Assembly (NCBI GenBank): GCA_051294375.1
Contig: CM119263.1
Span: 22,656,833 to 22,720,832 of the forward strand
DNA length: 64,000 bases
Origin: Paraspadella gotoi
Taxonomy: Eukaryota; Animalia; Chaetognatha
Reading direction: 5' to 3'
The position numbers were made by a program, and so were the translations under genes. Shown piece by piece: positions 1-14,100 of this stretch (positions are counted from its first letter, which is position 1; every line of letters starts with the position of its first letter). Below the pieces are notes generated by a model. The model made no database searches. It was not told the DNA's origin and was given only the letters and a program-made list of their open reading frames with translations.

Positions 1-155
1 ACCCTGCGGGAAGAGTGAGGATGGCCGTAAGCTGCCTTGGGGGCGTCGCAAACCCTCAAGCCTGGTTCCAAGCCCAGGACCCGTTCCATGTCTGCTAGAG
101 GGGGTTATAGAAGTTATGGATAGTCATCTTCTGCCCACTTAGCGCCTTATCCACA

Positions 156-283
156 TTATGCAAATTGAAAATATTATGTAAGTTGAAAATATTATGCAAA
201 CTGAAAATTTTATGCAAGTTGAAAATACTATGCAAGTTGAAAATATTATGCAAGTTGAAAATATTATGCATATTGAAAATATT
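156..283. repeat. 18-bp minisatellite (TTGAAAATATTATGCAAG), about 7 copies
   Basis: Direct tandem copies are visible; they explain the spurious (LKILCK)n ORF 165..350. Confidence 0.9.
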
Positions 284-1387
284 TAACCACCACCATCTCC
301 TACTTTATTTCCTCCATATTTCGTTCGTGACCCCTGATTTTGACCGTTAATTTCCCGTACCGTACAATAAATGATATGAGAAAAAAAAATTCAAATTTTG
401 GTCCTTGTCCTGTATTTAGTCATATCTTTGCTACCATATAAGCTTTTGCATAAATATTTTTCTTATTAAATGTGTTAAGACAACCCATTCAAAGGCAAGG
501 ATTATAATCATCGATTTTTTTATGTTTCTGCATACACTACGCCACGTTAGTTTTCATCGTGTCTATGATTATTCAACAAATTGGTTAGTCACTGAACTAT
601 TTCGACGTTATACTTATAACTTAAGTTACATTTCGCAAAAAGCCTTATGGCTGACAATGCTGTGCCATCAGTTTGCCTGCCACGTCACGGGGACTGGGGA
701 GACGGGGAGTGTGGAATAAGGAGTATGGGCCGAAATTGCGAGAGGAAGTCTCCGAACCATGCACTGCCTAGACTTGTAAAGACAAGAGAAAAGGGGACTC
801 GGGAGGGAGGCACTGATGTTGAGACATAGAGAGAAAGAAGGAGAGAGATTCTGTTTCTCTTCGCTTTCAGTCTTGCGCGGTCAAGGTCATAATCTAGGAC
901 ACTGTCAGCCTTATTTGGGAGATAAAAAGAGCATCTGAGTTATGGTCGTCTGGACTTTACACCATCGCGTCTTGATGCATAAAAAGAAACACGAGTCAAA
1001 TCGGTTTCCATGTAACCACAAGGGAGTTTGCGGAAGGTGACCCGATGAATTTTCTCAGTCGGGGGGGGGAGGTTGGAACGAAAGTGAGAGTCGAGAAAAA
1101 CAAGAAGGCGTTTGTTTTGTCATGGGGCTCCCTTAATAATCCTTCTCGCCGAAGGAACGAGTCGAAGAAGAAATCATCAGCCGAATCGTCTAACAGCCGA
1201 CGGGGCGGAAAAAAAGGAAAAAGCTCTCGCTCCGCCGCCATTTTTATTTCGAATGACTTTCTCGTTTCTTTGACTTTGTCCTTCAGTCGATTCGCAGCTT
1301 TCTCCATGATCCGTCCCAAAATTATCTCTGAACTAATAAGTTTACAGTCTAAACTAAAAATAATTAGACGAGAGATTTTGAGTGAAT

Positions 1388-1745
1388 TAGGATTGTACCC
1401 ACGTAGGATTGCGCCGAGAAAATTGTGTCCACCGTATTGCGCCCACATATAATTGCACCCATAGTATTGCTCCCAACTAAGATTGGTCCCTCGTAATATT
1501 CCGCCAGCATAGTATTCCACCGAGGAGGATTCCGCCCACACAGGATTACGCCCTGAGAATTGCGCCTATACGATTTGGCCCATAGGATTGGGTCCAGGTA
1601 CGATTGGGCCAGCATACGGAGACGAATCCCATGTGGGCGGAATGCTATGGGTCTAATTGTATGTGAGCACAATGCTGCGTGGGTGCAATAATTGGGGCCC
1701 AATCTTATTGGCCCAATACTACGTCGGCGCAATCCTGCCACCACC
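1388..1745. mobile_element. MITE-like element with long degenerate inverted repeats built from short subrepeats (possibly Mutator-type)
   Basis: The left half reiterates AGGATTGCGCCC(A/G)-like units and the right half their reverse complement (TAGGATTGCGCCGA at ~1404 vs TCGGCGCAATCCTG at ~1724). Imperfect 9-bp flanks TGAGTGAAT (1379-1387) and TGAGTGGAC (1746-1754) may be a TSD. The superfamily is inferred. Confidence 0.6.
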
Positions 1746-4700
1746 TGAGTGGACTCTTTATTATGTTCCATACACAGACAGGTACCCGTCTTGTTTTGAC
1801 AATTTTTTTTTCAGATTCCATCCTTTCATTTCACGGAACTTAAACTTTATCTCTCCCATTTAGCCGGATATTCCGATCGAAACCTGGTGCTATAGCATTT
1901 TCCTCGTTTTAACCATCGGCGTCGTCAAGGTCGTCGTTATCCTTTCGCATTAAAATAACCATCGTCGCTTCATCGATTTTCTTCACTCGGGCGAGGTTCA
2001 TCCCATCTTCGACGTCATTCTCCTCGTCGTCGCTGAAGGCCCGGCTGTAGATCTCGTTTAAGACCGGCGCGATTCTCTAAATGTCCCTCGCGACGACGCT
2101 CCCCCGCCCCCCTCTCCCCACAGTAGTCGTAGCCCGTCTTCCTTCCACGCGCCATTTTCTCCCGGGGAACGTCAAGGTGCGCGCCCGCGCCCGACAGATC
2201 TTTACGGGCTGCCAGGGCTCCTTCCTCGCTAACGAAGCCTCCCGGGCCCGTGGCCCCCCGGCCCAAGAAACGAGCGGGAAGTGGTGAACAGGGCAATGGG
2301 GATTTGTAAAGGAAAAAAAGGGGGAGTCGATCCTTTTCTTGTCTCGAACGGCGAAACGGCCCCCGCAGCGCCATCTTGCTCCGTTGCTCTTTTTTTTTTA
2401 AAGGTCTTTTGTCGGCGGTCGTTATAGAGAGAAAAAACTACGAAGCGAGCTAAAAAGAAATGTTTTTGAGTCGGAAACAATTGAAAGTTTAACCTGGGGT
2501 TTTGTTTTTTGTTTTTGTTTTCGTTTTTTATCGACTGTTTACAAATATATTTTTATTTTAATCAATCGGGTTAGGATTTTAATCTCAACTTTATGTGCCA
2601 CATTCATATGGAATTCGATTACGCTAAAGTTGAACAGTTTAACTGCTTTAACTTTAACTGCTTATCCCTCAACATTAAAGTCTGAATCGAGTCAAGAAAA
2701 GTAATTTGGAAATGCTTTTTTTCACCCTTTGCTCGCCCTCTCATTCTCGTTCCGCTTGTTTTGTTGCTTGGAACGAGAGACCCACCAAGCTTGGAGGGCG
2801 TGCGCCCCGGTCCGACTCTCCAGGGTGCCCGAGGGAGGCCGAGTGTGAGTGTGGAGTGAAGGAAACGTTAGGGATCCGCGCTTTCTTCGGTTAATCGCGG
2901 TAATGGCCTCCTATTTTCTTGATTATTTCGCGTCTCCTAACAACGGAGAGGGAGAGTGGGAGTGGAGGTGTAGTGTGGGTGGGTGGGTGGGTGGGAGGTA
3001 TGGGTGGGTGGTGGGGATCGAACTCGGGACGTCTGTCGCGCATTGGTCTTTTATCGCGCGTCCAATTGCTGGCGACGGTAAAGCGACGCTAGGTCTCATC
3101 GTCATTTAAAAAAAGAGGTAATTGGATCGGCGCTTATCAACATTTTCTTTTAATTTCGCGGCCAACCCTCGTCTCCCGGTCGACGCCGCGAGATAAAGTC
3201 TCTCGATGAACTCAATGGATCGAAGCGACGTAAAAAAGAGCTAAGTCGTCGACGGTTTCGCCGCCACGCCCATCGTCGGGACTTGGGAGCTTCGCGCGGG
3301 CCGACGAAAGGGGCCGCCGCCGAAGCCGAAGGCTTAATTACGAAGAGCGAATCTCAGCGGGCGAGGCGGGCGGCCGGCGGCGCGTTCTTTGAATCGAGCG
3401 CGGGCGAGAAGACTAAAAGAAAAAAAAGGCAGAGCGCCGCCGGAGGCTGCTGAAGATGAGATCTGGCGCCAACCAGATCACGTGATCGACTAACGACGCA
3501 ATCCGACGGCGTCGCCCGGCGAAACCCCCGACGGTCGAGGGAATTCTAACAGAGGAGAATGTGCGATGGGGAGGCGTTGGCGTCGGCGTCGGCGTTTGTG
3601 TCCGGTAGCGTCTTGAACTTACTTTCTCTTTTTCTTGTTGGGTTTTGTGTCCTGTTTGTCGTTGTCTATTTTCGAGAATTCGCTTAATTTAATCAGAGCA
3701 ACGACCAGATGATTAATTTTAAAAGTGAGTAGCATTTGATTTTTGCCCGTGCCCGCTTGGCTGGACTATTCTTTTTTTTTAAATTATCAAAACCACTTAT
3801 AAGTTTGTTAACGATTGTTTATGCTTAATGTATACGGAAATGTAAATGTTTATAGAACCGCAGGTTGACTATTACATTTACAAAACATCCGGCTCACAAT
3901 ATTTTTCCGACTTAGCAAATACTTTCGCCCCCTGACCATGATAAACGATTAAAGGCTAATAAATAACATTATTTCTAGACATAACAGTTTGCTTGTATAT
4001 ATTAATTCGTTTACATCGTTGGCGAACGGCCTTTCAAGCGAGACGCCGACTCGTTAATTTTCCTTTCTCGACGCTCGATGTTGCGACGGACTGGAAATGC
4101 TCCCCCGGTTATTCGCCTTCAACAATCCTGAACAAACCAAGTTTACAACCGACTAGAGCCTCGTAATTTTCCGCGCACAAAGACTTTGCCCGGTTCGCAG
4201 ACGAGCGCTTGACAAGGGGCCGACTGCCGAAGACTTGACAAGGGGCCGAAAGAAGCGGACGAGCCTGTTTTTTTTTTTTAACTCTTCGAGTGAAACTTGT
4301 TTTCAAGACGCGATTTTTTGTTTGATATAGGATGATTTGTTTACAGACGACACAGTTTGTTTTGCATACTAAATCATTCGTGGTTTATAATTATGCAATT
4401 TGCATAAAGCAGACCTAATCTTCGCTTAAATTCGGTCAAATTTTCCGCTAGGAGGCGTGGATAGTTAATGATAAAGAGATGGCGACGGGCCGCGTTTCCT
4501 TAATTCGAGGGAAAAAAGAGAATATTTTCGAGTACAGCTTCCCAAATGAGGAATTCACGCTCACTCGTCGCAAATGTAAATGTCCCGGATTCAAAAGCCT
4601 TCGGTCTTCGTCCTAATTCGTTTCTATGAAGCGAGAAACGCGCGCTCGAAAAGGGGCGTTTCCTCGGCGATTTGCAGCTGTTAATTGGGCAGTTAACTTG

Positions 4701-6091
4701 TCCCCGTCCTTTCAGAGTCGCTTGACATTTGGTCCTCCCATTTTTTTTTCCTGAAAAGGCGTGGCGGAGAGGCGGCGGCTTCTTGCGACGTTTGACGCCG
4801 GAGAGGGTCGACGAGAGGAAAAACCTAGATGTGTCATGAGTGAAACTCTTGTGCCCACTTTTTGTTGTCTGAAATGTATTCCGATGTATTTCGTTACGTC
4901 TACTAATTAAAATAATGATTTTCGTTTCTAGTTTTATTTCAATATAAATCGTTTAATATATTTTGCAAGTTTAAAAGTTTTCCTTACACAAAACAGGACT
5001 CATGAAATCTGCAATTTAACAATTTTTTTAGAAAAAAAAACCCAAAGAGGTTTCTCGGCGATGGTTCATTTTTCACCATCCCGGCCTCCAAAACATGCGA
5101 TATATTTTGACGAGTTGCAGTCCGGAGTAACGCGCGCCATAAAATATAAAACGCGCTACTCGGACGCGTTTGTCTCAAAGTCCCGAAGCGACGCAACGAA
5201 CAATTTTCGCGCCGTAAGGCTAGGCGTATAACCGTTTCTATATATATGTGTCGGACCTGTCGGTGCTGGGGAAAAAAAAAGTAACGTTGCCTGGGCCGGA
5301 ACCGGTGACGGTATTTTTACGTCCGATTTTTCAGAGGAAGCGATGAAACGGCCCGACGCGACGGTTGGGTCCGTCCGGACTTTGGGCAAGCCCGTCCACG
5401 ACCGATTCTTCTTTACGAGTTTTCGACGACGGATTATTTTTTTTTCTCGGCCGCGTCTTTCCTTCGATAAGGTTTATCATTTCCCGCCGCACTCGTAAAA
5501 ATCCCTTGTAAAATATCAACGTGGGAATTGTGTAGGGAAGGGAGGAAAGAGTTAGGATGGGGTAAATGGCACAAACCTAGAGGCCGCGCGTGCCGAAGAC
5601 TTCCGCTAAAGGCTGGCGCCATTTTGGAAAGAAAAAAAAAGGCGAATAAAAAGGAGAAATATAAATAATAAACAACTAAAAAAGGGGAAGAATAAAAATC
5701 CACCATCCAAAGGAGCGGAAGAAAATTTCCGGTCGCAGAGAAACTCCAGAGACAGAGAAGATGAGATGGAGAGAGGACGGAGGACGACGAGGAGAACTGG
5801 AGATGAAGATGACGAGATACGAGCCACATCGGAAGGGGGGAGGTGAAGAGAGAGAGAGAGACGCTGAAAGAGTGAGGCAAAAAAAATTGATGACGTTTCG
5901 TCTTTTTCTCGATGAAAGCATTAATTCTTGTTTTCGCGCGCATTATTTTCCGCTCTCGCCCCCCCCTTCCTCCCCCCTCTTCCTCTCCGCGGCGGTGATT
6001 TATTAGCCTTCGTCCTTTCCTGGCATTTTTTAACGCGTTCCTTCGTAACGGATTATCGCTGCGGAAAGCGTCACGGCCGAACGCGCAACGG

Positions 6092-6152
6092 AAATGATTG
6101 GCGGGAATCTTTGGCTCGTCACCTCTCGCACTAAAAAAAAAATGATTGGCTG
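6092..6152 (-). promoter_or_regulatory. Candidate promoter elements: two CCAAT boxes (ATTGG), one overlapping an E2F-like TTGGCGGGAA
   Basis: AATGATTGGCGGGAA at ~6094 and AATGATTGGCTG at ~6141, at the end of a CpG-rich stretch. Motif match only. Confidence 0.3.
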
Positions 6153-6851
6153 AATTCTATAGTATGATAATGGTTGTTATAATTATGTTGTGTCTTCTTC
6201 CGTGGATGCGCATAAACGGAGTTCTTGACGACTCCTGTTGAGCGAAGAAAATGATTGATATGGAATCTCTGAGGATTGACATTTCCTTGCCATCGGTAAT
6301 GAATCCACGCATCTGAATTTTATTAAAACCCATATTCAATTCATTGTCTCTCGCGGTTATGGATCGATGATGTTGCTGAGGGGGTACCTTACCTTTTTGG
6401 ATTTAACTGATTTGATTTCGTCTCGAGATTGAGACTCAAAAAGGAACCACTGCCCCGTTTTTACCCCATTCCAATTCTCAGAATCGTTCTTCAATTTTGA
6501 GTTTAGAATCATCGTTGACCCGGGGCATTCTTTCCAATCCATTATTGGAACTTTAGCTATTCTCACTTCTCGTCACAAAGATCGACAACAACAAGGAGAA
6601 AAACTCATCCTCCGCTTCAAATTACCTTCATTTTAGGCAAAGAAAGGAAAGTTTGGGAGATGATAAAGAAGAGAGTAAGTTTGCTCAATTCGGATGGAGT
6701 TCTGGGTGGGGTCGAGGGTTTAACGACGCGACATTATAGCGATTAGGTCGAGTAATAGGTAATAGTAATAGGCCTACTGGATCGACTGGTTTTTATTTTG
6801 AATTGGATTGCCTCCGATAAAACTAATTTCTCGTGTACTGTTTTTATTTCG

Positions 6852-6855
<4 letters not shown>

Positions 6856-6937
<82 letters not shown>

Positions 6938-6950
6938 ACGAGAGAGAGAG
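6856..6950. repeat. (AG)n microsatellite
   Basis: Seen directly. Confidence 0.95.
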
Positions 6951-8640
6951 AACAGTAAACGCATGAGATTTTTAATTTTATAGACCCTCATAATTAGAAT
7001 GGAATACTTTATAGACTTGACTAACTTGAAGATAAACACAAATTGAACGTCATACACGGTTCTTTTTAAAAAGAAGAAGAGAAATGACTATGTATATCGC
7101 AAGAAAACTCTACCCTCAGTTATTTAACTTTTGTATTACTGGAGCAAGAAAAGGAAAAAAATCTCCGCTCCTTAAAAGCATTTATCCCAGTTTACGATTA
7201 CTGGAGCCGAAAAAATGTCTGCTCCTTTAAAGCGTTTGTGTATCTTGGGACCGAAGCGACGAAGTTTCGCTGATTCAGCGACAATCGGACGAAATCGAAG
7301 AAGATATGATCAAGATGGGGAAGGAGGGGGAAGAAAGGGAGGAAAATGGCGGAAAGAGGAAATAGAAAGAAGAAGACAATGGGAGGAAGGGAGAAGGGAG
7401 AAATGGAAAAAAGGGTAGAATTCACTAGAAAAGGAAATATGGAGATAAAGGGAAATAGGAGGAAAGAGAAAAACGAGGAGGGAGGAAAACGAGTCATAGG
7501 AAAAGGGATGTAGAAAATGACTGATAGAGAAAAAAGAGAGAAAAAAAGAAAAAAGAAAAGGGGTAGGAAAAAATGCTCAAACTAAAATAGTAGGTGGGAT
7601 CTATGAGGTATGGTAACTGGTAAGGAATTACTATGGAAAGAGGAAGAGATAAGAAGAAAGAAAAGAGAAAAAAAAACTGCTACTTCTCGAGAACAAAGAA
7701 ACAATCCCAGAGAAAAAAAACAACTTTTTTTTACTATTTCAACTATATTTTTACTTCACTTTTTTAATTCTGACGCTACAAAAACTATTAATTATCCAAG
7801 CCCAAGGAAATCTATGATTCTAATGGCTTCTCTTATATCAATATTCCTCTACACATCTTGCGATGACGCCTGCGCCCACCGAAACTCCCTTTAACAATTA
7901 TTGCCCCGACCCATAGACGCTAGTTCATTTCCCCTAATTTTAGCGACGCCACGCTCCGACGTCTCCGGCGTCTCGGGCGTCACCTGGATTTTCAGCGTCG
8001 ACACCCGGTCTCTAGCGACGCCAGGGGCGCTAATGGGAGAAATTTTCGCGGGACGAGCGAAGTAATGACGTCATCATGGCGTCATAAACAAAGTCGCATA
8101 ACAAGAGGAAAATCCGCCGGCTGTGAGAAGACGATCATCGCCTGTGATAATCATCATCGTCTTCGTCGTCGTCGTCGTCATCGTCGTCTTCAATGATCAT
8201 CAGCGAGCGGGTTCGAATGGAAGAGTCAAAGAGCGGTTGGGTTGGTTGGTTGGCGGCGGGAGAGAGTGAGGGAGAGAAGTGAAAGAGACAGAGACAGAGA
8301 CAGAGACAGACAAAATGAGGTTCAGACAAAACGTAATATAAAAACGTTGGTATGCAACAATCTTCATAGTAGGCGGACTGACAGAAAAAGTGACAAACTG
8401 GCTTTTTTTAGCCGATTTTCCGCCTGGATTAACCCCCAAACTCTCTCGTCTGAAATAACTTTTATCGACGGCGTATATATTTTGTCGATTTTCGCGCGTC
8501 AATCATGAGGATCGCAGCGCCCTCTCGGTGGAACGCCGATTTTCATCGGCGTCAAATCTAGATTTGACGTCTCGAGACACAACGATAACAACACGACGTC
8601 TCGACAGTTATGTCTGAGGAGAAGTTTCGGTTTTGACTTT

Positions 8641-8697
8641 CTCTCTCTCTCTCTCTCTTTCTCTCTCTTTCTCTGTCTGTCCGTCTATCTTTCTGTC

Positions 8698-8790
<93 letters not shown>
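8641..8790. repeat. (CT)n microsatellite, interrupted
   Basis: Seen directly. Confidence 0.95.
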
Positions 8791-8793
<3 letters not shown>

Positions 8794-10475
8794 CTTCATC
8801 CCTCTCTTCTGTCACCTCCTTGCGCTATCTTTTCCGTCTCCCCCCTCTTTCCCCAGTCGCGAAATCGTTTGTCGCCGCCACGAGAGCGACATCTGTCGCC
8901 GCCTTTATTTTTTTCTTTTTTCTCTCAGCGAAGATAAAAGAGCATGCAGCCGTCTTTTTATTTTTTATATTTTTTTTATTTACTCTTTTTTCTCATTCTG
9001 TTTCTATTTTGTCGCCCCGAGCGCGGGCAACGACGAGACTTAGATTAGCGCCGCCCCCAACCTCTCCCTCTCTATTTTCTCTCCTCTCTCTCACGATTTT
9101 AACTCCCACTGACCAACGGATCGAAAAAAAAATCCGCAGGGACGAAAAATGGGGTCAAAGGTCAGAAAAAAAGGTCGAGAGTCGAATCAAAAATCCGTGA
9201 CCCCGGGACTGGATCGAAACAGATTAAATAATTCCGCCGAGAGGGAAAAAGCGAGAAGAGATTTTTGGCGGGAAAAGAGATTTTGGCGGGAAAAGAACGA
9301 AAAAGATCGAAAATGTGTCGATTGAATAGAGACTGTGTTCCTTCAGAGCAAAGGAAGAGAGGAGGAGAGGTTAATGCGCCATTTCCCATTTTTTTCTATT
9401 GTTTCTATTGTTTGTCGAAATTAAGAAACAATTTTATAAACTACGTTCATCCCTGATTATGAATAGAAGCGATTCTGACTACTCTTTCTACTTTCTCAAG
9501 ATTAACAGACCTCGATTTTTAGAGAATACGAACTTTCAATAATTGCCACCTTTTCCGACACACTTTTGCATAGCACCTAGATTGATTTGCAGAAAAATAG
9601 TGTAATATGCGGTTGTTTACATTTAAAAGTAATTGAAATAATCCTTATCATTCAAACTCACTAACGCGAAAGACTAAAGGCTCGAGTAAAGGGAATCCCA
9701 ATTCCGAAGCTACGCGATTTCCATACAGAGAAACCATCTTTTTCTCGGGGAAAAAAAACCTCTTGTTTTCGTGGAAAAAAAAAGAGGAAACGAAGGCTCC
9801 ATTAGGCGTCTTTTCTCTCATTTCCCCCTCCAGACCCCACTTTTCCATCGGGCCTCTTATTTTCTCTTCTCTTCCCTCATTTCTCGCTCCGTCTTCCCTA
9901 AAGTCGAAGAAAACGACGACAACGAAAAGATGATAAGCATGAGAGAGACAGGACTACTACGACAACGACAATGACAACAACGACGACAACGACGACGACT
10001 ACACTGAGATGCCTGGGAGGACGAACGCTACTCAGACGCCGATAGCAATGATCCAATAGGACCCATCCACAGACCACACAAATACAAACTACTTTACGTC
10101 AATTTTTCCTCAAAATTCCAGGGCGAAAATTTTTTCTAGATTTAAAAAAAAATGCGTCCTTCTCATACGTTAAAAGAGCTTTGTTTAATTACTTACTCAG
10201 ATAACGATTTTCCTATTTTGCAATACTCACTATCAAATTTACCATGATTTTTATGGGTGAAATAATTAAAATCTGCCTTGACTAAAAAGCTCCCGAGTTA
10301 TGATCGTTTCGACGTCGAGTTTCCTTGCAAAACCCCTCGTCGCCTCTCCTCACTTCCCCGGCGCCCTCACCCCACGGCGTCATCGCTTCACGTTTGCCAG
10401 GCGACGCCGGCCTCTTGTGAAAGCGGCGTCTTCAGGTAAAACCGGCGCTCGGGGTAATAACCAATTTTCGGTCGA

Positions 10476-10611
<136 letters not shown>

Positions 10612-13600
10612 TTCTGAACTGCTCGTTATCAATTCCGCTCGAAAGGCGTCAGAGGCGTCGTTGAGGGGGCGTGGCTAATCGCGAATGTCATCGGCGGGGC
10701 GACGCTTGGTTCAGTGATCACTGATCACGAGTCATCGGAGATTTAACGCGACAAACAGAGAGACCAACGTTTTAAACATATGAGCTTTCTTTTTTTATCT
10801 CAGAGACATTATTATTTGGTACGTCGCTAGCAGTAACAGATTACGCCCTAGAACCTCGCTGTCAGCATGAGCTTTGAGAATCTCTCAAACGTGTTTTCAT
10901 TCAGTGAAATTGTCAGTCAAGAGAGCAAATAACCGACGCCATATGTTCGACTCGCGAGAGAGAAAGAAATTTATGTACACTGTTTGTACACTGTTTAAAT
11001 ATTATTCAACTTAGCTCTTTGTTATGCCTCATTAAATGGTATGCCAATATTTGTGTGAAAGAAAGTAAACCGGAAGGGAGTTTCTCTCAGAATGTTCAGA
11101 ATTTTGTCATGCCCGTTTCGTTGTAATAAAACGTTTCTGTACAAGATGTTTAATTAATATTTAATTTAATTTGATTCGAATAAATATTTGTATGAGGTAT
11201 TCTCCGTAAAATCGGGTTATTTTGGTAAGAGTTTCTCAGAATCTTCGGTTACAACAGAAATTAGACGACAGCCTCGATTAATATTTCTCCCACGACTCTC
11301 AATTGTGGTTATTGTTGTTATAGTGGTTAGTGGTTATTGTTTGTTATTTCTGTTACTTTTAATTTTACTTTTACTTTTAGTTTTATTAGTTCCGTTTATA
11401 GAAAAACGAGGTTAATCGAAACTCGGTCGTTGAGTCTCGCCAAAAAAATTGAAATAGTATTTAGTTTAAACAACAAACAAGCCAACTTCATCCTCTCGAT
11501 ATAAATTTCAATTTTTCCCGACCTTGAAAAATTTTTTTTTTCCTTTGCATATTGAATGAAGAAAAAATCGAGTCGCTCCTTTCTTCCATTTTCTTCAGTC
11601 TCCTTCCTTCTTCCTTACTATCTCCCCTTACCTAAAACCCATAACATCACATCACTTCCTTACCATCACTCTCCCGAAACGAGCCGGCGTCCTTCGCGGA
11701 GACTAAAAAGTACTCCGATCCTTAATGAGGATGTTGATCGTAATCGGGTCCCGTCCCCTCCGCCCGTTATGATTACGACCTTCGAAAGGGGAGCGCCCTC
11801 TTACGCACGGTTTCGTCGTCGTCGTCGTCGTCGTCTTCTTTACGATTTCGTCGTCTAAGTTCGGGTCGGAGGATGTCGGTTGGTCGGGTGAACGAAAAAG
11901 AAAAAGATCCCGAAGGAAGATGGGTCAAACATCGTTTTATTGGTGGGAATTATTATCATTGGGAAAAGTTGATAGAACAGTGATGAACACTGAGGAACAC
12001 TGATAATTTCTTATATTTTTGTTCAAGCTCATTACTTTAATTCTTTCATTTCAGAGGCAGAGTTATTTGATAAATAAGTTGTTTCTGATAAAAATGCGTC
12101 ATCATCCTTGTGCTAAAAGGGTTAGTTTTCGTACGTTGATTAGCATAACCGCGACATTCAACTCTTGATCCCAGAATCGACATGAATTTTCGAATGAACC
12201 CTTTGACATCCGAAATGCATTTCGCTTTTTGCGAGTTTACCATAAAAAATATCAATGATACGAAATATTAGAGCCGTTTTGTGACAAATTTTCAGATTCT
12301 GAAGGTTCGTTTGGATATACAAAAATAGTATGAAATATGTATCTATTCCGCTGGGAAAGAAAAGGTTTGAGTTGTTCCAGCTTGACCAAAATCCAGGACT
12401 ACGCAGGACTATGTCAAACTCTCCCCCCTCCATGTCCAACGAACGAAGTTCAGCGAAAGACGCCCATAAAAACGGAGGTGTGACTGCGAGTCAGTGAGAC
12501 CGAATCGTGGGCGCGANNNNNNNNNNNAACGAAGTTCAGCGAAAGACGCCCATAAAAAACGGAGGTGTGACTGCGAGTCAGAGAGACCGAATCGTGGGCG
12601 CGATCCTCGTCTCGCGATGGCACCATGAATCGCACCATGAGTCGCGAGTTGACGACTTCGTGGGGTCGACGCCAATTGACCAGAGAAAATGTCGCGAAGG
12701 ATGAGGAGGGGGAGGGGAGGAGGGAGGAAGGAGAAAGAGGATGAAACCGGATATGAAAGAAGGAGAAGAGAAATAGAGGAGAGGGGAGAGAGAAAAAGAG
12801 AGAGGAAGCCTATAACGAGTATGACAACGACTTAGTTCTCTCTCTCCTAACATTTCCCGCGAATGACCCTGACGTCACATCAACCCTCAGAAAGGCGGCG
12901 GCGGCGGCCGAAGCGGCGGCGGCGTCGGCGTCAGCGGCTTTGAAATCCGCGTGGGAAGAAGACGGATTAATTTCATCGATTCTCGTTGGAGAGAAACTCG
13001 GAATCTGAGATTCTCTTCTTCTCTCATCCTTTATCCTATTTTTCTACTGGAGATAAATATTCTTTTATTTTTCTTTTAATTTCCTTTCTCTTTATCTTTT
13101 CTTTTCTATACTTAATTTACTATATTTTTAAGTTTAAACTTTAGTTTGGTGTCTTTTGTTCTTTTCGGATTGTTTCGTTTCAACTTTTCCTTTTGTCAAT
13201 CCTTTCAATCATCACATCTTTGTCAGTATCATCTCTTTCTTCGTCTTCTCGGTGTCCCTCGTCAGCAGACACAGGAATTTGACCGCTTTTGCGTCATTCC
13301 CTCACCTTTGAGAATCTCACCGCCCACTTCTTCCCATTTAGACTCGCAATTCGCAAGGGTTTTTTTTTCCGCCTCATTCGTCGTCTCTGTTGATGTCGTC
13401 GTCGTCGCCCTCTTCTTTTTTCCTGAAGGAGCCCACGATTTATGAGGCGAAAGAAAAAAAAATTAAAATCCGTAAAAAATGAATAAAATCGATGAGTCGA
13501 TTGGGACGAAAAATGAAGAGGAGGTGGAGAGGAGGAAGAGAACGAAAGGAAAGGAGTAAAGAAAAGAGAAAATAAAAGGTGAAGGACAATGAGAAAGAGG

Positions 13601-13935
13601 AAAGAAAAGAAGTTTTTGAAAGGAGGTAAAGTGAAGAGGGAAAGGGGACAAGAGAAATTATAGGAAGAGCCGAAGAATCGTAGAGGAATATAAAAAAGGA
13701 GAAGCAATAAAGTTGTTGAAGGGAGAATACTTTTACGAATTACGTATAGTGAAGAGAGCTAAGAGAGAGATAGAGAGGGAGAGGAAGAATGAAAAACGTC
13801 TAAACGGTTGTAGCGTGAGACGGTCATAAAAGCCGCGGACTATTTATATTGTTAATTTATTTCCTCAAACGTTTGTGCTCGCTTTAAAAACCCCGCGTTG
13901 TTAAATAAAAATAACTCTCGCTAAAGAGGACGTGT

Positions 13936-13969
<34 letters not shown>

Positions 13970-14060
13970 ATCGCTTCCTCTTTCTCATAACACAGGTCTT
14001 CTTTTCTCCTCTTCAAATTCAATGTCCCTTTGTCTCGTCAGGGGGAAGACCGACGAAACG

Positions 14061-14100
14061 ATTAGCCAATCCGGAAGCGAGATTCGAACAGCCAATGGGA
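14061..14100 (+). promoter_or_regulatory. Candidate CCAAT-ETS-CCAAT cluster
   Basis: AGCCAATCCGGAAG...AGCCAATGGG. Motif match only; also retained in arm B (~31220-31255). Confidence 0.25.

Noticed and set aside
996-2374. Minus-strand peptide-like stretches (MEKAANRLKDKV.., RIAPVLNEIYSRAFSDDEE..)
   Set aside because: No recognisable domain or consistent exon chain; part of the ORF runs through the MITE.
6157-6566. Two minus-strand ORFs joinable by a GTAAG..TTCAG intron
   Set aside because: The splice is plausible but the product resembles nothing I recognise and has no further support.
12440-12603. About 76-bp direct repeat around an N gap
   Set aside because: It is a contig-end overlap; arm B has a single copy.
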